Assembly (NCBI GenBank): GCA_965662715.1
Contig: CBFIIS010000002.1
Span: 1-61,842, forward strand
Source of the DNA: Candidatus Poseidoniaceae archaeon
Lineage (GTDB): Archaea; Thermoplasmatota; Poseidoniia; Poseidoniales; Poseidoniaceae
Direction of reading: 5' to 3'
DNA length: 61,842 nucleotides
Positions 57,670 through 61,842 of the stretch are shown in pieces. The notes beneath the pieces were generated by a model, which worked only from the letters and a program-made list of their open reading frames with translations, was not told the origin of the DNA and searched no databases. Position numbers and translations under genes: made by a program. How positions within the stretch are numbered: position 1 is the stretch's first letter; every line of letters begins with the position of its first letter.

Positions 57670-58866
57670 TTACAAATGAAGTTCTGTTGCTAATGCCTCG
57701 GCGAGGTAATGGTATTCGTCCACATGATTGTACAGTTGCGCTGAGATTCTGAAGTACCTGCCTTGGGGTGAATCCCACGACCACACCGGAACCTGAATGC
57801 CATATTTTTCCTGCAGTACCTTGTGCAACGGATCGGGCTCGTGCAACGGAATGCCCCCACCCGTCCCCTCAGGAAGCATCAATGTGGCAATGCAAGCGAT
57901 CATCGATTCAGGGCAGGGGGCGACAAGCCCAAGTCGTTCACAAAGAATACCCCGACCCTGCATGGCAAGATCGTGATTATGTTGCATGATGGCATCCCAT
58001 CCGCCTTCAACCATGTTGGACATGAATGCGATGGTTTCTGGCAATGAACACCATGCCGAAAAATCCCTCGTCCCAGTCCAATCAAATTCGTGCCTGAAGC
58101 GGGTGGTGTCACCCAATGGGAAGGTCATTCCGTGGCTGATGGTTAAGGGATGAATCTTCAATTGGTGATCTTTTCGAACGTGTAAGAACGCAGAACCCTT
58201 TGGTGCACACAACCACTTGTGGCAGTTACTTGTGGTGTACGAGGCCCCCAATGTGTCAAGCTGAAGAGGCACCATGCCGATGCCATGTGCTGCATCAAGA
58301 AGCACCGAAACGCCTCTGCTTTCGAGCAATTCAACGAGTTCTTCGAACGGCATTCGAAGCCCAGTCGGGCTTGTCACCGTATCGATCATTGCCAACACTG
58401 TTCGGTCGCTCACGCCAGCCATGATGGCATCGATGGCAACCTGTGGGCCTTCAATCGGGAAAGGAATGTTGACCGTGACAACCTTTGCACCCCAACGCTC
58501 AGCCACGAAATCAATGGCGTTTCGACAGGCTTGGTAAGCGTGGTCGGGAACGAGGATTTCATCGCCCTGCTCGAAGACGAGGGAACGAAGAACAGTGTTG
58601 ACTCCAGTGGTCGCATTTTCCACCAAGGCCAAATCATCTGGATCGCATTCAAGCATCGTGGCAAGAGCACCTCGTGCATGCTCCATGAACTCCATAGCAA
58701 GATCCTCATAGAACCGTACTGGTTCATCCTCAAGCAGATCCTGCCACTTTTGTTGTTCCTTACGAATGGCAATCGGCGTGGCTCCAAAAGATCCGTGGTT
58801 GAGGAAGACGCATTGCTCATCGAGCAGCCAATGTTTGGCAAGTTGGCTTCGTTGTGGGAGCGCCAT
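57670..58866 (-). CDS. PLP-dependent aminotransferase class V (isopenicillin-N-epimerase/cysteine-desulfurase-like)
   Basis: ORF extends to 58995. Start placed at ATG 58866 (MALPQRSQLAKHWLLDEQCVFLNHGSFGATP). PLP-lysine context TSNCHKWLCAPKGSAFLHV. Confidence 0.75.
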   Translation of the reverse strand: MALPQRSQLAKHWLLDEQCVFLNHGSFGATPIAIRKEQQKWQDLLEDEPVRFYEDLAMEFMEHARGALATMLECDPDDLALVENATTGVNTVLRSLVFEQGDEILVPDHAYQACRNAIDFVAERWGAKVVTVNIPFPIEGPQVAIDAIMAGVSDRTVLAMIDTVTSPTGLRMPFEELVELLESRGVSVLLDAAHGIGMVPLQLDTLGASYTTSNCHKWLCAPKGSAFLHVRKDHQLKIHPLTISHGMTFPLGDTTRFRHEFDWTGTRDFSAWCSLPETIAFMSNMVEGGWDAIMQHNHDLAMQGRGILCERLGLVAPCPESMIACIATLMLPEGTGGGIPLHEPDPLHKVLQEKYGIQVPVWSWDSPQGRYFRISAQLYNHVDEYHYLAEALATELHL

Positions 58867-59029
58867 AGCCCTTGGTGCACATGCCACTCTTTGAATGTTT
58901 GAATGGTTTAGGGTTTGGAATGAAAAACCACTCCGGTGTAATGTTAAAGGAATGAAATATTTAGAAACAGGTGAATCACCATGATTTATGACCATATTCC
59001 TTAAGACATATGCCGGTTTAAGGAAAAAT

Positions 59030-60787
59030 ATGAGCCTTGCACCAACTGATTATGACTACGGAATACCAGCGAACTATACTTTTGCAACAGAAATAACATG
59101 CGCGAACGACGAAGCCCGTGCGATGTTTGTCGAAGGCTATGGCCACATGCTGAACTACAACCACGAACAAGCCATCGCTTGCTTCAGCAAGGTTGCCGAA
59201 CTTGATGACACCTGTGCAATGGCATGGTGGGGGATCGCATACTGCGTTTCATCCAATTACAATTGGGCACCGGGACTTGGTTCCGGCCACGATTCAATTC
59301 AAACCGCAGTTTCCCTCAAAGACGGTTGCACAGAATTGGAACAAGATTTGATCGATGCATTGGCTCAACGACACTCTGCAGAAGCCCGTGACGCCGCTGA
59401 TCCAAGTGTTCTCAACATGGGGAACTCTCCTGAACTGAATGTTGCCTTCGCAGAAGCAATGGCTCCATTGTACGAAAAGTACAGTGGGAATTTGGATGTC
59501 ACCGCAATCTATGTTGAAGCGCTGATGAACCTCAAGGCTTGGCAATTATGGGACAAAAACACTGCAACCGGAGAAATCACACCTGCTGATGACAACACCC
59601 TTTTGCTCGTCAAAATCATGGAAGATGCCTTTGCGAGCAGTGAAGAAGCCAAGGTTCACCCTGCTCTTTGCCACTTGTACTGTCACGCTTTGGAACTCTC
59701 ACCTTTCCCAGAAAAGGCCCTCCCAGCCGCAGACGTCCTGCGCAACCTGATGCCAGGTCTCGGCCACCTTGTTCACATGCCATCGCACATTGATGCATGG
59801 GTTGGCCAATGGAAAGAAGCCGTTGAGTGTAACATTGCCGCGGTTGAAGCCGACGATCGATACGTCGAACTGACCGGTAATGAATCTCAATTCTACAAGT
59901 TCTACCGAATGCACAACCACCACTTCATCGTCTGGTGTGCTATGTTCGAAGGTCAATACGAGACGGCCCTCAAGTACGCCCGCAAGGCCGTTGACACACT
60001 GCCTGCCGGTGACGAAAATTCTGGTGTGCAATTCATGCTTGCCGGCATTATTCCAATGGGTGCAATCTTCCTCGAATCTTATGTGACAATGCCATGGCAC
60101 GTCATGATTCGATTCGGAAAATGGGACGAAATTTTGGCTGAGCCAATGTACGACGACAAGGATGTCTTCCCGGCTACAATCGCTACTCAACACTACGCTC
60201 GTGGTGTCGCTTACGCTTCCAAGGGCATGGTCCCAGAAGCCGAAGCAGAGCAAGTCTTGTTCAACCAAGCACTCGAAAACCCAGCTCTCGCTGGCCGTGT
60301 GCTCCACAACAACCTGATGTACCAAGATCCAAGCGAAGGCCCGTGCATTTTGCTCGTCAACGCAGCAGTGCTTGACGGTGAAATCGAATACCGACGTCAG
60401 TACCTTGCAAAGGAACGCGGCGATGCATACGACTTCACCGATGCTTTCGATCACATCCGCCGAGGCGTCGATCTTTCACTCAACCTTGCTTACAACGAAC
60501 CATGGGGTCAAATGCAACCTGTACGCCACATCCTCGGCGCTCTACTCTTTGAGCAGGGTCACGTCGAAGAAGCAGAAGGAGTCTACCGTGAAGACATCAA
60601 ACTCTGGAAGGACAACATGTGGGGTCTCTTGGGACTGAAACTCTGCCTTGAAGCACGAGGCGATGCACCTGAAGAACTCGCTCAAGTGACCGCTTTGTTC
60701 GAAGAACGCTCATCTCGAGCAGACATGGTACCATCGGTGACCTGCTTCTGCGCTCAAGTCGATGACGAGCCAAGTTGCTGCGATTGA
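59030..60787 (+). CDS. TPR-like helical repeat protein (TTC38-like)
   Basis: ORF 58988..60787. Start placed at ATG 59030, preceded by AAGGA. MAWWGIAYCVSSNYNW and MHNHHFIVWCAMFEGQYETALKYARKA resemble the TTC38 family pattern as I recall it. A Cys-rich C-terminus (VTCFCAQVDDEPSCCD) is unusual. Confidence 0.6.
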   Translation: MSLAPTDYDYGIPANYTFATEITCANDEARAMFVEGYGHMLNYNHEQAIACFSKVAELDDTCAMAWWGIAYCVSSNYNWAPGLGSGHDSIQTAVSLKDGCTELEQDLIDALAQRHSAEARDAADPSVLNMGNSPELNVAFAEAMAPLYEKYSGNLDVTAIYVEALMNLKAWQLWDKNTATGEITPADDNTLLLVKIMEDAFASSEEAKVHPALCHLYCHALELSPFPEKALPAADVLRNLMPGLGHLVHMPSHIDAWVGQWKEAVECNIAAVEADDRYVELTGNESQFYKFYRMHNHHFIVWCAMFEGQYETALKYARKAVDTLPAGDENSGVQFMLAGIIPMGAIFLESYVTMPWHVMIRFGKWDEILAEPMYDDKDVFPATIATQHYARGVAYASKGMVPEAEAEQVLFNQALENPALAGRVLHNNLMYQDPSEGPCILLVNAAVLDGEIEYRRQYLAKERGDAYDFTDAFDHIRRGVDLSLNLAYNEPWGQMQPVRHILGALLFEQGHVEEAEGVYREDIKLWKDNMWGLLGLKLCLEARGDAPEELAQVTALFEERSSRADMVPSVTCFCAQVDDEPSCCD

Positions 60788-60869
60788 GTCCGCTCACATC
60801 ACAGACCTTGTGGATGAACATCAAGGCGGGAATGTCCCAGTTTTGGACTGCCGCCCACATAACGATTTT

Positions 60870-61697
60870 ATGGGCGTGGAAAGAGCCAAGGCCATGGATA
60901 CATCGGTATTCTTGATCTCAAATGCCGAGGACTTCGCCTTGTCAAATTGTCAAGTCGATCCACCAGCAGAATTCGACGAGAAGCAATCGAAGCGAACGCT
61001 CAAGCAGAACACCAAGGTCTTACAGTCCTTGCAAAAATTGATGTGGGCCGAACGCAAGCAACGCATCTTAGTTGTTCTTCAAGCGATCGATGCAGGAGGA
61101 AAAGACGGGACCATTCGTTCAGTCTTCGGCGGCCTCAACCCTCAAGGCGTAAAGGTGCAATCGTTCAAACGCCCGACCAAGCAAGAATTGGCTCATGATT
61201 ATCTTTGGCGAGTTCACAAGCACGTTCCAGGCAATGGCGAGATTATGGTGTTCAACCGCAGCCATTACGAGGATGTATTGGTGGTAAAGGTGCACGAGTA
61301 CGCACCACTCGAATTGGTCGAGAAGCGATATGAGCACATCCGTAATTTTGAACAACTTCTCGCAGATGAAGGCACAACCATCATCAAAATCTTCCTCCAT
61401 ATTTCCAAAGACGAGCAGAAAAGACGCTTCGAAGATCGACTCAATGAGCCGGACAAAAACTGGAAATTCAAGAAAGAAGACCTGAAGGAACGGGCGTTTT
61501 GGGATCAGTATCAAGACGCTTTTGAAACGATGATTGAACGAACCAGCACCAAAGATGCACCGTGGTATGTCGTCCCTTCAAACAACAAAAAATACCGCAA
61601 CGAGATTATTTCCAATCTGTTGATTGAAACCCTGTCTGGCCTGAACATGGAATTTCCTCCTGCCGCAGATGGCCTTGACAACATCGTCATCGATTGA
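60870..61697 (+). CDS. ppk2: Polyphosphate kinase 2 family protein
   Basis: ORF 60762..61697. ILVVLQAIDAGGKDGTIRSVFGGLNPQGVKVQSFKRPTKQELAHDYLWRVHKHVPGNGEIMVFNRSHYEDVLVVKVHE is a near-consensus PPK2 core. Start uncertain (60762, 60870 or 60894). Confidence 0.85.
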   Translation: MGVERAKAMDTSVFLISNAEDFALSNCQVDPPAEFDEKQSKRTLKQNTKVLQSLQKLMWAERKQRILVVLQAIDAGGKDGTIRSVFGGLNPQGVKVQSFKRPTKQELAHDYLWRVHKHVPGNGEIMVFNRSHYEDVLVVKVHEYAPLELVEKRYEHIRNFEQLLADEGTTIIKIFLHISKDEQKRRFEDRLNEPDKNWKFKKEDLKERAFWDQYQDAFETMIERTSTKDAPWYVVPSNNKKYRNEIISNLLIETLSGLNMEFPPAADGLDNIVID

Positions 61698-61842
61698 TGC
61701 GGGGGGCAGGATTCTCACCTTTGTTCACACGAGTGAACATGGTTCTCACCTGCGTGACACAATGAGATGCGGGGGGCAGGATTCTCACCTTTGTTCACAC
61801 GAGTGAACATGGTTCTCACCTGCGTGACACAATGAGATGCGG
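61696..61842. repeat. Perfect 70-bp tandem repeat (2 full copies plus 7 nt of a third), truncated by the window end
   Basis: Unit GATGCGGGGGGCAGGATTCTCACCTTTGTTCACACGAGTGAACATGGTTCTCACCTGCGTGACACAATGA at 61696-61765 and 61766-61835, identical at all 70 positions. The third copy starts at 61836. Each unit holds the hairpin GTTCAC-ACGA-GTGAAC (61723-61738), flanked by two direct TTCTCACCT copies (61712-61720, 61743-61751). Confidence 0.9.

Noticed and set aside
59699-60454. 251-aa minus-strand ORF inside the TPR-like gene
   Set aside because: It is antisense to a longer ORF (586 aa from ATG 59030) with recognisable family-like motifs. Its Cys/Val/His/Phe-rich composition also counts against it.
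61696-61842. A CRISPR array, as suggested by the 70-bp periodicity
   Set aside because: The whole 70-nt unit, including any would-be spacer, is 100% identical between copies. No cas genes are in the window. It is therefore treated as a tandem repeat, although the array is truncated and its continuation is unseen.

Overview
This is a gene-dense 61.8-kb window with about 58 protein genes on both strands and 2 tRNAs. I saw no rRNA, CRISPR array, transposase or integrase. All product names come from motif recognition in the translations; no database search was possible.

The informational genes look archaeal:
- RadA, FtsZ, Pus10, a Fap7-type kinase and archaeal-type PGK.
- The L21e-RpoF(Rpo4)-DUF655-KsgA cluster.
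- An initiator-like tRNA-Met with an A1:U72 pair.

They sit among bacterial-type metabolic and stress genes: MaeB, KatG, XseAB, RlmH, PPK2 and an RND exporter. Together with two giant secreted repeat proteins and an acidic proteome, this resembles planktonic marine Euryarchaeota (Marine Group II/Poseidoniales-like). That placement is inference only.

The window starts inside a giant repeat-protein gene and ends inside a perfect 70-bp tandem repeat, so it may be a complete metagenomic contig.

The largest gene is missing from the supplied ORF track. It lies on the minus strand at 1..6859 and is more than 2,285 codons long. It has no stop inside the window, and I recovered it by hand translation.

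I found no recognisable multi-gene novel system. The most interesting candidates are:
- An orphan 1,070-aa all-helical protein ending in a PIN-like nuclease domain (17028..20240).
- A GC-rich, hairpin-dense 300-nt segment in front of an orphan SPPY DNA methyltransferase (36792..37855).
- A 265-aa protein with two histone-fold-like signature segments (40319..41107).
- A Pus10 carrying an inserted basic tract plus a SAP-like motif.
- The two giant propeller/FN3-like surface proteins.
- The terminal 70-bp tandem repeat.
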